Source of the DNA: a virus
Reading direction: 5' to 3' (one strand)
Virus record (IMG/VR): IMGVR_UViG_3300026292_000602
Span: 1-64,000 of that record
Length of the DNA: 64,000 nt
Part shown: positions 26,838-35,885 of the stretch, one piece after another
Position numbering within the stretch: the first letter of the stretch is position 1
Layout: each line of letters begins with the position of its first letter
Translations under genes and position numbers: made by a program
Notes under the pieces: model-generated
Seen by the model: only the letters and a program-made list of their open reading frames with translations
Told to the model about the DNA's origin: nothing
Databases searched by the model: none

Positions 26838-27121
26838 TATCTTCTTCCGGCTTTATTCAATGCTTGTACTCTACGTGAAGCTGGGTTAGTACGTTTTGTA
26901 CGTCTAGCCTTCCTCATCATACGAGCACCTATTCTGGCTCTAGTTCTTTTTAATGTTAGTCGTGCCTTCATATTAGGAGCCGCAAAGCATTGTGACATCT
27001 GTTTAACAATACGTCCTTTACGTCTACCTACAGTACAACGGTACTTACGAACGACCTTTTTACCAGATCGAGCCCAGATTTGTTTTTCATCTATTGGTTC
27101 GTATATCTCACGTACTAGCAT
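26837..27121 (-). CDS. Highly basic protein (paralog 2)
   Basis: Same motif as its neighbour. Confidence 0.75.
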   Translation of the reverse strand: MLVREIYEPIDEKQIWARSGKKVVRKYRCTVGRRKGRIVKQMSQCFAAPNMKARLTLKRTRARIGARMMRKARRTKRTNPASRRVQALNKAGRR

Positions 27122-27180
27122 ATACGTATTTATGTTTGTTTTGGGTGTTTGTTTTGTTTTAGGAAGGGTGGTAAATTATA

Positions 27181-27414
27181 TTACATATTCATTAGTACGA
27201 CTACTAAAGTTGAAAGTAGTCCAGCTATAATAGTGCCTGTTGCACCTATTATAACTTTTACCATTGATTTATTTCCGTTTGTAATATCGGCGTGGATATG
27301 CTCTACTTTAGTCTCTATTTTAGAGAGACGAAGTTCTAAATTATTATATCTTTGTTCGCACAAATCAACGTGTGCTTCTAAGTTTTCTCGTTCTAAAGTT
27401 GTGGCTCTTGCCAT
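27181..27414 (-). CDS. Coiled-coil protein with C-terminal TM helix (XhlA/holin-like architecture)
   Basis: Heptad segment followed by a hydrophobic C-terminus. Confidence 0.55.
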   Translation of the reverse strand: MARATTLERENLEAHVDLCEQRYNNLELRLSKIETKVEHIHADITNGNKSMVKVIIGATGTIIAGLLSTLVVVLMNM

Positions 27415-27521
27415 CTTACACTCTCCATTCCGTTAATTATCGTGGAAGGGGCCTATATTCTAATCGCCTAAAATAGATGTAATGTTTGCCTTGTGCCTTT
27501 GTATTAATATTTATTTAATAC

Positions 27522-27938
27522 CTACGTTTTGTTATCTACTAACTTAAAAATGATATTTCTTGTTGCATCATCTTTAGTTCTAAACGCATTATTATTTATC
27601 GTAATAGACTCGGTAAGACCAGCAATTACTGGTACTAAATCAAAGTCATCTTTAAGAGCTTCTACACTTAAAGCACCTATTTGTTCAATAGTAAATGTGA
27701 AATACCACAGTCTTTGTTTACCTGTATATTCACTGCCAAACTCGCCATTAGTAATATCAACGTCTTCAACACATTTTGGTGAAGCGTCAAAGTATGGGTT
27801 TGCTCTCAGGCCTACAACTTGTAAGAAAGTGTTCCAATTTGCTTGTTGGTTGATAGCTTTCCTATCTTCACTTCTAAATTTGGTTTGTCCTGTTTGAGTT
27901 ATATCTATTAATGTAGCAATCTCAAAGTTCATACTCAT
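27522..27938 (-). CDS. Hypothetical phage protein
   Basis: TLIDIT.TG...QQANWNT..Q...LRANP; exact start uncertain. Confidence 0.7.
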   Translation of the reverse strand: MSMNFEIATLIDITQTGQTKFRSEDRKAINQQANWNTFLQVVGLRANPYFDASPKCVEDVDITNGEFGSEYTGKQRLWYFTFTIEQIGALSVEALKDDFDLVPVIAGLTESITINNNAFRTKDDATRNIIFKLVDNKT

Positions 27939-27950
27939 ACTTATAGTCAT

Positions 27951-27985
27951 AAAAAAAGGGCGGAACAAATAATGAACCGCCCTTT
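27951..27985 (-). terminator. Intrinsic terminator
   Basis: AAGGGCGG/CCGCCCUU stem followed by a U-tract on the minus strand. Confidence 0.75.
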
Positions 27986-28029
27986 AGTGTATTTGTTAAC
28001 TTAATTAACGTTTACTAATTAACTATGGA

Positions 28030-28392
28030 TTACGCCGCAGTTAAAGTAGTAGCCGCAACTACGTCTGAACCAGTAACGTCGATGTTGTTTGGTCCTACAG
28101 TAGTTCCTAAGTGTCTAACAGCCGCTTGTAAAGAAGCCGCGTCCCACTGAGATGAATCAACTAACAATGTAGCCGTTCCAGCATTAGAGTCAGTTACTGA
28201 CATTCCTAATGTGTTACAAGCCATTGCGATTGCTTCAACTGTTTCGTTAGCCGCGTCGTCTTCAGCTCTGATATCTTGTGCAGAGTTAGATGCGTTTTGT
28301 ACTGTTAGTAAGAAAGCGCCGATGTTAGCACTTGTTCTGTATGATCCAACAACGTAGTTGCCGAATCCGTTTACTCTTGTTATTCCAGCCAT
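28030..28392 (-). CDS. Putative virion (decoration-like) protein
   Basis: Own TATAAATA promoter and terminator, strong SD, Ala/Thr-rich. Confidence 0.6.
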   Translation of the reverse strand: MAGITRVNGFGNYVVGSYRTSANIGAFLLTVQNASNSAQDIRAEDDAANETVEAIAMACNTLGMSVTDSNAGTATLLVDSSQWDAASLQAAVRHLGTTVGPNNIDVTGSDVVAATTLTAA

Positions 28393-28479
28393 TTTATTTC
28401 TCCTATTTTCTAATGACCAACATACTTTTCTCTTGTATGATGTTACTAGTATTTATAAGATTTGGTAATAAAGTGTGGA

Positions 28480-29346
28480 TTAACGTCTTTTTTTAGCTCG
28501 ATTTTCTAGGGATCGTAGCATTTGAACGTATCCTGGCCCTGCTTTTACTATATTATCTATTATTAGTATTGCAGGTAGGTATTGTTTAACAAATGTACTT
28601 GGAATACTTTTGCCGTCTTTTGCAAGTTCTAAAAACTTTTTAGTACCTACTAAATTCCTTGCACCAACTAAAAATCTATACATAGATAGTTCTTGTCCTG
28701 TTACTCCTATGTCTGGACTTGATACTGTTGGCTCGTTGTCTTTAACTGTTGCTGTTTCTAAATCTCTTTCAGCAACAAGTTCTTCTAGGTAGATAATTAT
28801 ATCACTACTTCTAAGTTTGGCTCTAGTAGCAAGTGCTAATCTAGTTGCTACTTTTTTCTTTTCCATTGTTGATAGTCTATCAAAGTTGCCTAGGTATCTA
28901 CGAGTGGCTTTATAGTCTGCATTGGAGATATTTAATGCAGTTTCTATACTCATAAATGTTTCACTAGGTCTAGATACCATTCCACTTGATAGTGTTGTTA
29001 AGTATCTATTGATATTCATTTTTGGTAGTGTAGTTCTACGTGCTATCATTCTAGCACTATCAGGATCTTTAAGTTTTAGTAGAGCTTCATCATCTCCATT
29101 TACAAAGTAAATGAAGTTATGTAAGTCAGTACCATGCATTTGAAAACGTGCATAATTTGTATCTTTAGTTTTCTTTGCATAAGCTCTCGCATATGGTACA
29201 TACTTTGGATATTTGCTCAGAAGCTCAAGAACTAATAAAGACAAGTATAGTCTTTCACAGCAATCGTTATAGGTTAACTTTGCTGTATCCCCCGAGTTAC
29301 GGGTCATTCTAGCTTCGTATAGCTCTGATAAGAACTCCAGTTCCAC
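28480..29346 (-). CDS. Hypothetical phage protein
   Basis: 288-aa ORF with SD. Confidence 0.75.
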   Translation of the reverse strand: MELEFLSELYEARMTRNSGDTAKLTYNDCCERLYLSLLVLELLSKYPKYVPYARAYAKKTKDTNYARFQMHGTDLHNFIYFVNGDDEALLKLKDPDSARMIARRTTLPKMNINRYLTTLSSGMVSRPSETFMSIETALNISNADYKATRRYLGNFDRLSTMEKKKVATRLALATRAKLRSSDIIIYLEELVAERDLETATVKDNEPTVSSPDIGVTGQELSMYRFLVGARNLVGTKKFLELAKDGKSIPSTFVKQYLPAILIIDNIVKAGPGYVQMLRSLENRAKKRR

Positions 29347-29357
29347 TTAACTACTCC

Positions 29358-29816
29358 TTATACAAGTTTAGCTTGATATTGTCCTTCATATGAGCTTTTT
29401 GGTTGCTCTTTAGGACTATACATATCAAAGAACTTTGCTTTCATGTCTTCAGGTGTTTTTGCACCTAATAAAGCACCTAGTACTTCTTTCTTTTTGTTTA
29501 CATCATCTGTAAACTTTCTTTTCTGGTCTTGATTATAGTTCGAAGTTAACATAGCCGCGATCATTTTAGCCTGCCAACCAGTTATTGGAAACTTACCACC
29601 GTCTTCAGTTGAAACACTTTTAACTGGGTTAGGATTTCCTTGTGAGTCTATCACTTTGTGAACTTGGTTAATCATCGATACGTGCTTATCACTATATCCT
29701 TTATCTAAATCCCCATCATCTTTATCAGCAGGATCTATTTGTTTCTTTAAAGAATCAATAGCATCTTGATCTAAGTCATCAGCTTTGATCTCTTTAATAA
29801 AATCAGTTGCTTTCAT
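29358..29816 (-). CDS. Hypothetical protein
   Basis: MKATDFIKE start, AGGAG SD. Confidence 0.75.
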   Translation of the reverse strand: MKATDFIKEIKADDLDQDAIDSLKKQIDPADKDDGDLDKGYSDKHVSMINQVHKVIDSQGNPNPVKSVSTEDGGKFPITGWQAKMIAAMLTSNYNQDQKRKFTDDVNKKKEVLGALLGAKTPEDMKAKFFDMYSPKEQPKSSYEGQYQAKLV

Positions 29817-29825
29817 TTTTATCTC

Positions 29826-30950
29826 CTATCGTTGTACTGCTCTGTTAGCCGCACTAAAGCCAGCACGATTAACAAATTTAATATCACCATCTGGGTGAGC
29901 CAGTACATAGCCTTCCCCACCTGGTTTACTTCCTATTGATGCTTTAACATCAGCAGGTTGATTTTCTAGTTGAGCAATAATATTATTTTTAGTTTTCATT
30001 ATACCTTCAACTACTTGCCATAGAGCACCAAAGGCTCTTATGTTCGTTTTAACATACTCAGTCATCTTAGCTTTCTTCGGAGCCGAAACTGCCGAGTTCT
30101 GTAACCATTGCATAAAGTCTTTGCCTAAGTTGTCTAATCCTGTATCTGTTTTACTATTTACATATTGATATAAAACATTTGAGAAGTCTGTCATCTTCAT
30201 ACTTCTTAATTGTTCTTTGTTAAGTAATGAATCTATTGCACTTGCATTCTTTGTAACGATTGCACTAATTTTGTTTATGCCACTCATATCTACTTGTGGT
30301 GGCTCTTGTACAGTGACTGGCGGTAAAACTAATAATTGTTTACCTTGGAATATATCATAATCGGTTAAAGGTTTTTCACTACCATCTGGGTCAACTATTC
30401 TATGAATCACAACCCCAGCTTTACTTACTTGAATACGTTTTCCTATGTCACTGTCGGCTACAACTGTATAGGAAACTATATTTGGTTTAAAGGTATATGC
30501 TCCGTTACTTAAATCAGGTGTGTTAAAAAATAATAAGTCGCCTTTGAAGTAGCCTCTAAAGTCTTCTGGTATTGCCTTTTCAAACACAGGAAACACAGAT
30601 TTCATATTACCTGCAAATGCTTTGTAATCATCTGACTTCTCAGATCCTTTTCCTCTGTTTAATAATAATGCTTCTAAGTCATCTCCATTAGTTGCACGGC
30701 CATCATAACCTTTTGCAACAAAACCTGACTTGTCTGTAAATACAAATCTTCCTTCATCGTCTCTTCCAAATATAACTGCTGGAGAGCCGTCCCATTTAAC
30801 TGTAAGTGATTGTGTGTTACCTTTTGTTAATCCAATGATTGAATCAATAACACGTTTTGCACCTGCACTACCTTCCCAAAAGATAACGTCTTCGGCGTGT
30901 TGTATACGAGCATCTTCAAATACTGCTTTTCTAAATTCGTATAATCTCAT
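29826..30950 (-). CDS. DUF6267-like protein with ATP-dependent ligase-like motifs
   Basis: TVKWDGSPA (KxDG), FKGDLLF, GEGYV, IKFVNR. Confidence 0.65.
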   Translation of the reverse strand: MRLYEFRKAVFEDARIQHAEDVIFWEGSAGAKRVIDSIIGLTKGNTQSLTVKWDGSPAVIFGRDDEGRFVFTDKSGFVAKGYDGRATNGDDLEALLLNRGKGSEKSDDYKAFAGNMKSVFPVFEKAIPEDFRGYFKGDLLFFNTPDLSNGAYTFKPNIVSYTVVADSDIGKRIQVSKAGVVIHRIVDPDGSEKPLTDYDIFQGKQLLVLPPVTVQEPPQVDMSGINKISAIVTKNASAIDSLLNKEQLRSMKMTDFSNVLYQYVNSKTDTGLDNLGKDFMQWLQNSAVSAPKKAKMTEYVKTNIRAFGALWQVVEGIMKTKNNIIAQLENQPADVKASIGSKPGGEGYVLAHPDGDIKFVNRAGFSAANRAVQR

Positions 30951-31648
30951 TACGGTAACTTCAATCCATCTTTTTCAAAGTAGTCTTTAGCATCTTTAAC
31001 TAGGTTTTCATAGTTAGGATCTGTTTTAATTTTTGCATTAATAGTTTCAACACTTCTCATATCATCAGCACTTGCATTGTCACCTAATAAAATTTTAGCT
31101 ACTTCGTTTGGATCTTTAGTTACAGGCTCGTTAGTAATTCTATCTACTAATCCGTTTGTTGGTGACCATTTGTAACCTTGTGCTTTTGCAACAGAGGCTA
31201 TCATAATCATTCTGTGTTGTCCTTTAAATTCACTGTCAGCCGCACCACGTAAAGCAAACTGCATAAATTTAGGATCACCAAACATTAAATCTGTTTGTAC
31301 AAAGCCATTCTTAGCATCTCCGTTGATAGGTGTTTTAAAGTGTACACTAATACCTGACTTTGCTATCCAGGCTCTATCATCATCTTTAGGTGCGTTCTTA
31401 TCTTTCCAGGCTTTTAACTTTCCTACAAGAGCGTCTTTGTTTACTTTCTCTTTATCTACTGCAACGTCTAAATCACCACTAGTAGGTTTAATACCAGTTG
31501 AACCTAGCATAAAGTCTACGTGATTAATTCCTGTGATTTTTTCAAGCCATTTAAGTGTAGGCTCTACATCAGCTTGGTTTATTCGTTGAGTTGCCTCAGC
31601 ACCATCTGGTCCTTTAAATACGTTACCGCCCTCATTGAGTATCTGCAT
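30950..31648 (-). CDS. Pol-beta superfamily nucleotidyltransferase
   Basis: LGSTG....SGDLDVAV plus QTDLM third Asp. Confidence 0.75.
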   Translation of the reverse strand: MQILNEGGNVFKGPDGAEATQRINQADVEPTLKWLEKITGINHVDFMLGSTGIKPTSGDLDVAVDKEKVNKDALVGKLKAWKDKNAPKDDDRAWIAKSGISVHFKTPINGDAKNGFVQTDLMFGDPKFMQFALRGAADSEFKGQHRMIMIASVAKAQGYKWSPTNGLVDRITNEPVTKDPNEVAKILLGDNASADDMRSVETINAKIKTDPNYENLVKDAKDYFEKDGLKLP

Positions 31649-31910
31649 CGCCCTCGTCCTTTTGTTTAGATTCAATTATTTTGTCTATACCACGTTTAAA
31701 TTTACGAGGATCGCCACTTCTAATACTATTGATAAAACGTCTTTCAATCTCTTGTGCAGTTTCTGGATCATAGCTCTCAGTGATCCTATTTAATAAGTTA
31801 ATAGCACTTTCAATAATGTTATTTCCAGTAGATTGAATAAGAGCATCATTATTGGTAGTTCTATGAATGCTATTCAATTCTTCTAGTATTGATCTTGTAC
31901 GTTTTCTCAT
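31632..31910 (-). CDS. Conserved hypothetical phage protein
   Basis: MRKRTRSILEEL...; TAAATA motif upstream. Confidence 0.75.
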   Translation of the reverse strand: MRKRTRSILEELNSIHRTTNNDALIQSTGNNIIESAINLLNRITESYDPETAQEIERRFINSIRSGDPRKFKRGIDKIIESKQKDEGDADTQ

Positions 31911-32019
31911 GGCTTTTCGTTCCTTATACTGTATTTAGTGTTATCAAAATAAAAATAACTAACAAACCGGTTGACGTAGCTACTAGTATATAGTAATATA
32001 AGTAGTATTAGACCTAAAA

Positions 32020-32093
32020 GCGGGTGTAGTATAATGGTATTATGACAGCCTTCCAAGCTGATGATAGGGGTTCGATTCCCCTCACCCGCTCCA
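32020..32093 (+). tRNA. tRNA-Gly(TCC)
   Basis: Cloverleaf, U73, CCA. Confidence 0.95.
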
Positions 32094-32101
32094 TATCCTT
32101 T

Positions 32102-32178
32102 GGCAGAGTAGCTCAGGTGGTTAGAGCACCGGACTCATAAGCCGGGGGTCGCAGGTTCGAATCCTGCCTCTGCTACCA
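32102..32178 (+). tRNA. tRNA-Met(CAT), elongator type (Ile2 not excluded)
   Basis: Cloverleaf with loop CUCAUAA. Confidence 0.88.
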
Positions 32179-32180
32179 AT

Positions 32181-32254
32181 GTTACCGTGACAGAGTGGTT
32201 ATGTAGAGGATTGCAAATCCTTGTACGGTGGTTCGATTCCGCCCGGTAACTCCA
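32181..32254 (+). tRNA. tRNA-Cys(GCA)
   Basis: Cloverleaf, U73, CCA. Confidence 0.95.
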
Positions 32255-32333
32255 TATAACTTTAAGTTATATTACCTCTTGAAAAATATTATGTGTGCAG
32301 ATAAATATACTTGCACAAAGGGGGCAAGAGTAT

Positions 32334-32819
32334 ATGGGAAAATTTAATAATAAAATTATGGCAGAGTTCAATCCGCCTAGAAAATGGGTGTTAGGTCGTG
32401 ACTTGTCATACACTACAAAGGACCTTACAGTAGACGAAATCAAATCACTACAAGATGTTGGTGTTAAAGTTAAACGTGAAACTAATAAAACTGAAACTAT
32501 TACAGTTAAAACAGGTTTTGTTACAGATTTAGCTTCTGTGCCAAGAGCTATGTGGGCCTTTATTGCTCCATTTGACGTAGCAAGAGCGGCAATTATACAT
32601 GACTTATTATATAAAACAATAAGACAGTATCGTTGGAAACTTAAAGATAAAGAAGATGCAGACTTAATAGCAAGAGCAAAGAAAGCCTCAGATAGAGTTT
32701 TTCATTTAGCTATGCTTGATGCAGATCCTAAAGTAGCAGGATGGAAAATTTACTCATCTTGGAAAGCGGTAGATTTATTTGGGAATAGCTCAATAGTACC
32801 TAACAAAGATAATATTTAA
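32334..32819 (+). CDS. DUF1353 family protein
   Basis: GFVTDLASVP...AAIIHDLLY...D.VF..AM. Confidence 0.85.
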   Translation: MGKFNNKIMAEFNPPRKWVLGRDLSYTTKDLTVDEIKSLQDVGVKVKRETNKTETITVKTGFVTDLASVPRAMWAFIAPFDVARAAIIHDLLYKTIRQYRWKLKDKEDADLIARAKKASDRVFHLAMLDADPKVAGWKIYSSWKAVDLFGNSSIVPNKDNI

Positions 32820-32843
32820 CTTTTAACCACAAGAGGTTCAGTA

Positions 32844-33116
32844 GTGAATGTTTGGTTGGTATTTTATTTCTTGATTAATGGCGTTTGGACCCCGGGTGAC
32901 TTTGCTCAACCAGATGGATGGTCGAGCATGAAGTATGAGTCATTTGAAAAGTGCGAAGAACGTAAAGTATTTGCACAAGAGAATTTTATTCCAACTTTAG
33001 AAAAAGAAATGCAAGGACTAGTTAAAGTTACTTGTCAAACTAATGATCCTAAAATCTTTTGGAAACGTAAAGTACAAATCCCCCAGTTACCTGCAAGTCT
33101 TACCAATTCAGAATAG
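32844..33116 (+). CDS. Hypothetical protein
   Basis: GTG start after GAGG. Confidence 0.6.
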   Translation: MNVWLVFYFLINGVWTPGDFAQPDGWSSMKYESFEKCEERKVFAQENFIPTLEKEMQGLVKVTCQTNDPKIFWKRKVQIPQLPASLTNSE

Positions 33117-33288
33117 CAAACTTTTGTTTGTTCCAATGTTCTTCAGTAAAGCAACCAAAGGCCTTATGATTAGGTTGTAGTTGCTCTGCTATTTTTTTTC
33201 CTGTATCACAATCTTCTACTGAACCTATTATAACAGGGTTCTCGTAGTTATATGATAACCAAACGATAACAATAAATTTACTTAACAT
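33100..33288 (-). CDS. Hypothetical protein
   Basis: Short ORF. Confidence 0.55.
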   Translation of the reverse strand: MLSKFIVIVWLSYNYENPVIIGSVEDCDTGKKIAEQLQPNHKAFGCFTEEHWNKQKFAILNW

Positions 33289-33436
33289 TTGGAAAAGGTG
33301 CTACAGGTTTAGGTGCGACAACAACTTGTTCATTGTCTTGACCGTCAAAGGATTCAGCTAACCAGTCGTGTATCTCTACAAATATATTATATGCTAACCA
33401 GCCGAATATAACTAATTCTAAACTATAAAGTTTCAT
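33278..33436 (-). CDS. Small membrane protein (52 aa)
   Basis: Manual translation MKLYSLELVIFGWLAYNIF... Confidence 0.5.
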   Translation of the reverse strand: MKLYSLELVIFGWLAYNIFVEIHDWLAESFDGQDNEQVVVAPKPVAPFPNVK

Positions 33437-33451
33437 TTTATACGCCTTTCA

Positions 33452-33487
33452 TAAAAAAAGGAGCCTTCCCTATTGTGGGTTGGCTCC
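33452..33487 (-). terminator. Intrinsic terminator downstream of pqqA
   Basis: GGAGCC...GGCUCC stem followed by U7. Confidence 0.7.
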
Positions 33488-33531
33488 GAGTTAATATTAT
33501 AATAATACTATCAATGTATTATAATGTCAAC

Positions 33532-33609
33532 CTATATTTCAGCACAGGCATAAGAATTAATTTCTAATCCAATACATACCTCTACGATTTGTGGAGTGTT
33601 CCATTGCAT
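33532..33609 (-). CDS. pqqA: PQQ precursor peptide PqqA (25 aa)
   Basis: MQWNTPQIVEVCIGLEINSYACAEI: W..P...GxE-x3-Y signature; GGAG SD. Confidence 0.9.
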   Translation of the reverse strand: MQWNTPQIVEVCIGLEINSYACAEI

Positions 33610-33751
33610 CGTATGTCTCCAAGTTAGAAGTTACGTGCCGGTTGTCTAACGACCGCGGTCCACAGTACAATAAATGTACTAATAATATATATCTTTTTTA
33701 AAATGAACGTCTTATGAACAGAAAGGATATATACTATACAGGAGAAGAAAA

Positions 33752-34345
33752 ATAGTTTTTGCACATTTATCAACTGTTGCGTTTCTAATTCTTGGCTTTG
33801 CATTTGTACGTATGATGACAAGCATAACAAGTTTAATAGCAATCAATAACAGCACTAATAATGAGAAGGTCACTTTTTACTGGCCACATACATTGTTTTG
33901 CTTTATAACAATATTCACGATGATACTATTCTGGTGGACAGCAACACCACTTCAAGATGTAAACTTCTATCCTGATAGCAACTGGAATCTATTCACATAC
34001 ATATTATTTCTTGCAGTTCCAATGCTTATGTTTCTTATAGCAGAAGTAAGTATACCATATAACCACGATAATAAAAGTGTTAACTTACAAGACCATTACT
34101 ATCAATATCACAAAGTAATACTAGGACTTGCTTGGGTATTACAAATATTCTTAATAGCTAACTTCTTTGTATTTTATAACGAAGGTGATATAATAAGTGC
34201 TAAAGTAATAGGTCGTGTTGCTATGTTAATAATAATGTTACCTATGGTGCTATCTCCTAATAAACAGGTACACAGAATAGGAATGAGTATATTCTTTCTA
34301 GGATTTATATATACTATACTAAAGTATCACGTCTTTATAGCATAA
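33752..34345 (+). CDS. Multi-TM membrane protein with apparent ATA start
   Basis: Hydrophobic in-frame N-terminal extension VFAHLSTVAFLILGFAFVR ahead of ATG 33812; AGGAG SD 7 nt before ATA. Confidence 0.7.
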   Translation: MVFAHLSTVAFLILGFAFVRMMTSITSLIAINNSTNNEKVTFYWPHTLFCFITIFTMILFWWTATPLQDVNFYPDSNWNLFTYILFLAVPMLMFLIAEVSIPYNHDNKSVNLQDHYYQYHKVILGLAWVLQIFLIANFFVFYNEGDIISAKVIGRVAMLIIMLPMVLSPNKQVHRIGMSIFFLGFIYTILKYHVFIA

Positions 34346-34385
34346 GAAAGGGTGCCGATAAACGACACCCCGAGATGTTTAACAA

Positions 34386-35450
34386 TTAGAATTGTTTAGC
34401 TATTTCTCTCTCTGCTTCTGTGGCAAAGTTTTTATCCCAGTCGTCTAACTTGTCTTTCATAAACTTATCAAACAACGGAGGTATTAGTGCAAGTGCAAAC
34501 AAGGTGAAGTATCCTACTCCTGTGTTTGGTGCACCTACTTCATCTAGTTCCCAGAAGTGAGTTTCTCCTCTGTCATGATGATCAGCTTGACGACCAATCT
34601 CTATAAAGAACCATGAAGTAAACAATGTTGAGTTATCCCAACTGTGTCTATAGTCTATCGGTTGATTTTTAACACGAATTAAACCATAGTGTTCTAAATA
34701 GTTAAGTGCTTCTAACTCAAAGTTTGATATAACCCAAACAAGAGCCACACACGCAACACCTAACCATCCGCCTGCATAAAAGAATAATGCAAGTGTTGGT
34801 ATACTCATAAAGTAACCTCTAATCCATCTGTTACTTAACGTCAGGAAAGGTTTACCTAAACGTTTCAATCTAGCTCTTTCCATATCAAACAAGAACTTTG
34901 ATTGTCCTAGATGTGATTTGACATAGTGTGAATAGATATCGCGTCCACGAGGTGCAGTTGCAGGATCATCTTCAGAAGCTAGTTCTAAATGATGATTGTA
35001 AACATGAGCATAACAGAAATGTGCTGAACCACTTAACGCCATCATCCAACGACTTATAATAAAGCTAAAGCCTTTGGTGTGTGATAGTTCATGCCCATAG
35101 ATTATACCTATGCCTGCAAATATACCTGTTGATAATACAGCACCTAAAAGCTCTGCTCCGTGCATACCATTATATATTTGATAAGCTAGAGCAAGTTGAA
35201 GTGCTACAAAGACTGGTAACATCAAATACATTACTGCATTTTGTAACCAGGGGATCCCTAAGGTATCACCGTTCTCATCAAAACCTACACCACGTGTTTG
35301 GTGTGTGATAAGAGTGTCAAGTATAATGCCTGCTCCCAACAAGCCTACACCTGTCCATACCCAAACGCCTCCTGCTAACACTCCTGCGAGTGTTACTAAT
35401 ATCAACGTTGGTGCTATGAAGTACCTTATGTTTAATAGAAGTTTTCTCAT
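34386..35450 (-). CDS. alkB: Alkane 1-monooxygenase / XylM-type membrane di-iron monooxygenase
   Basis: His boxes HELSH, HVYNHH, NYLEHYG, ADHH; DPATA. Confidence 0.88.
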   Translation of the reverse strand: MRKLLLNIRYFIAPTLILVTLAGVLAGGVWVWTGVGLLGAGIILDTLITHQTRGVGFDENGDTLGIPWLQNAVMYLMLPVFVALQLALAYQIYNGMHGAELLGAVLSTGIFAGIGIIYGHELSHTKGFSFIISRWMMALSGSAHFCYAHVYNHHLELASEDDPATAPRGRDIYSHYVKSHLGQSKFLFDMERARLKRLGKPFLTLSNRWIRGYFMSIPTLALFFYAGGWLGVACVALVWVISNFELEALNYLEHYGLIRVKNQPIDYRHSWDNSTLFTSWFFIEIGRQADHHDRGETHFWELDEVGAPNTGVGYFTLFALALIPPLFDKFMKDKLDDWDKNFATEAEREIAKQF

Positions 35451-35594
35451 TGTGTTCTCCCGGCTCTTAACCTGTAGTTTCACAATGTATTACTATGTTA
35501 GCACAATAACAAATAATGTCAAGTGCATATTATTATTTATATTACCAAAAAGGAAAGTTTGTTCTTATAAGGATATTAGCATATTATAATATGC

Positions 35595-35843
35595 TTATGG
35601 CTTTAGCCACTTCTTAGATAGTTCGTACCAATACTGTCCACCTTCACGTAAAGCTTCGTTGTCTTTACGTAACTTTTCCATTCGACGCATTATAACATCG
35701 TGCTGGAATTGTGATAAAGTTTTGTTAGTGGATTGTAGTTTTTCTAAACGTGATAGCACATCGTCAATCGAGGGACAGGTTATATCAGGAACCTTAGGAG
35801 CCTTCCGCTTAATCTTTTGCCATACCTTTTTTTCGAGTGCCAT
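35595..35843 (-). CDS. Hypothetical phage protein
   Basis: APKVPDITCPSID...LR..G..W. Confidence 0.7.
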   Translation of the reverse strand: MALEKKVWQKIKRKAPKVPDITCPSIDDVLSRLEKLQSTNKTLSQFQHDVIMRRMEKLRKDNEALREGGQYWYELSKKWLKP

Positions 35844-35885
35844 TAATATTATTTAAAGGCTTACTTCGCCAAGTTAAAAAGTAAT

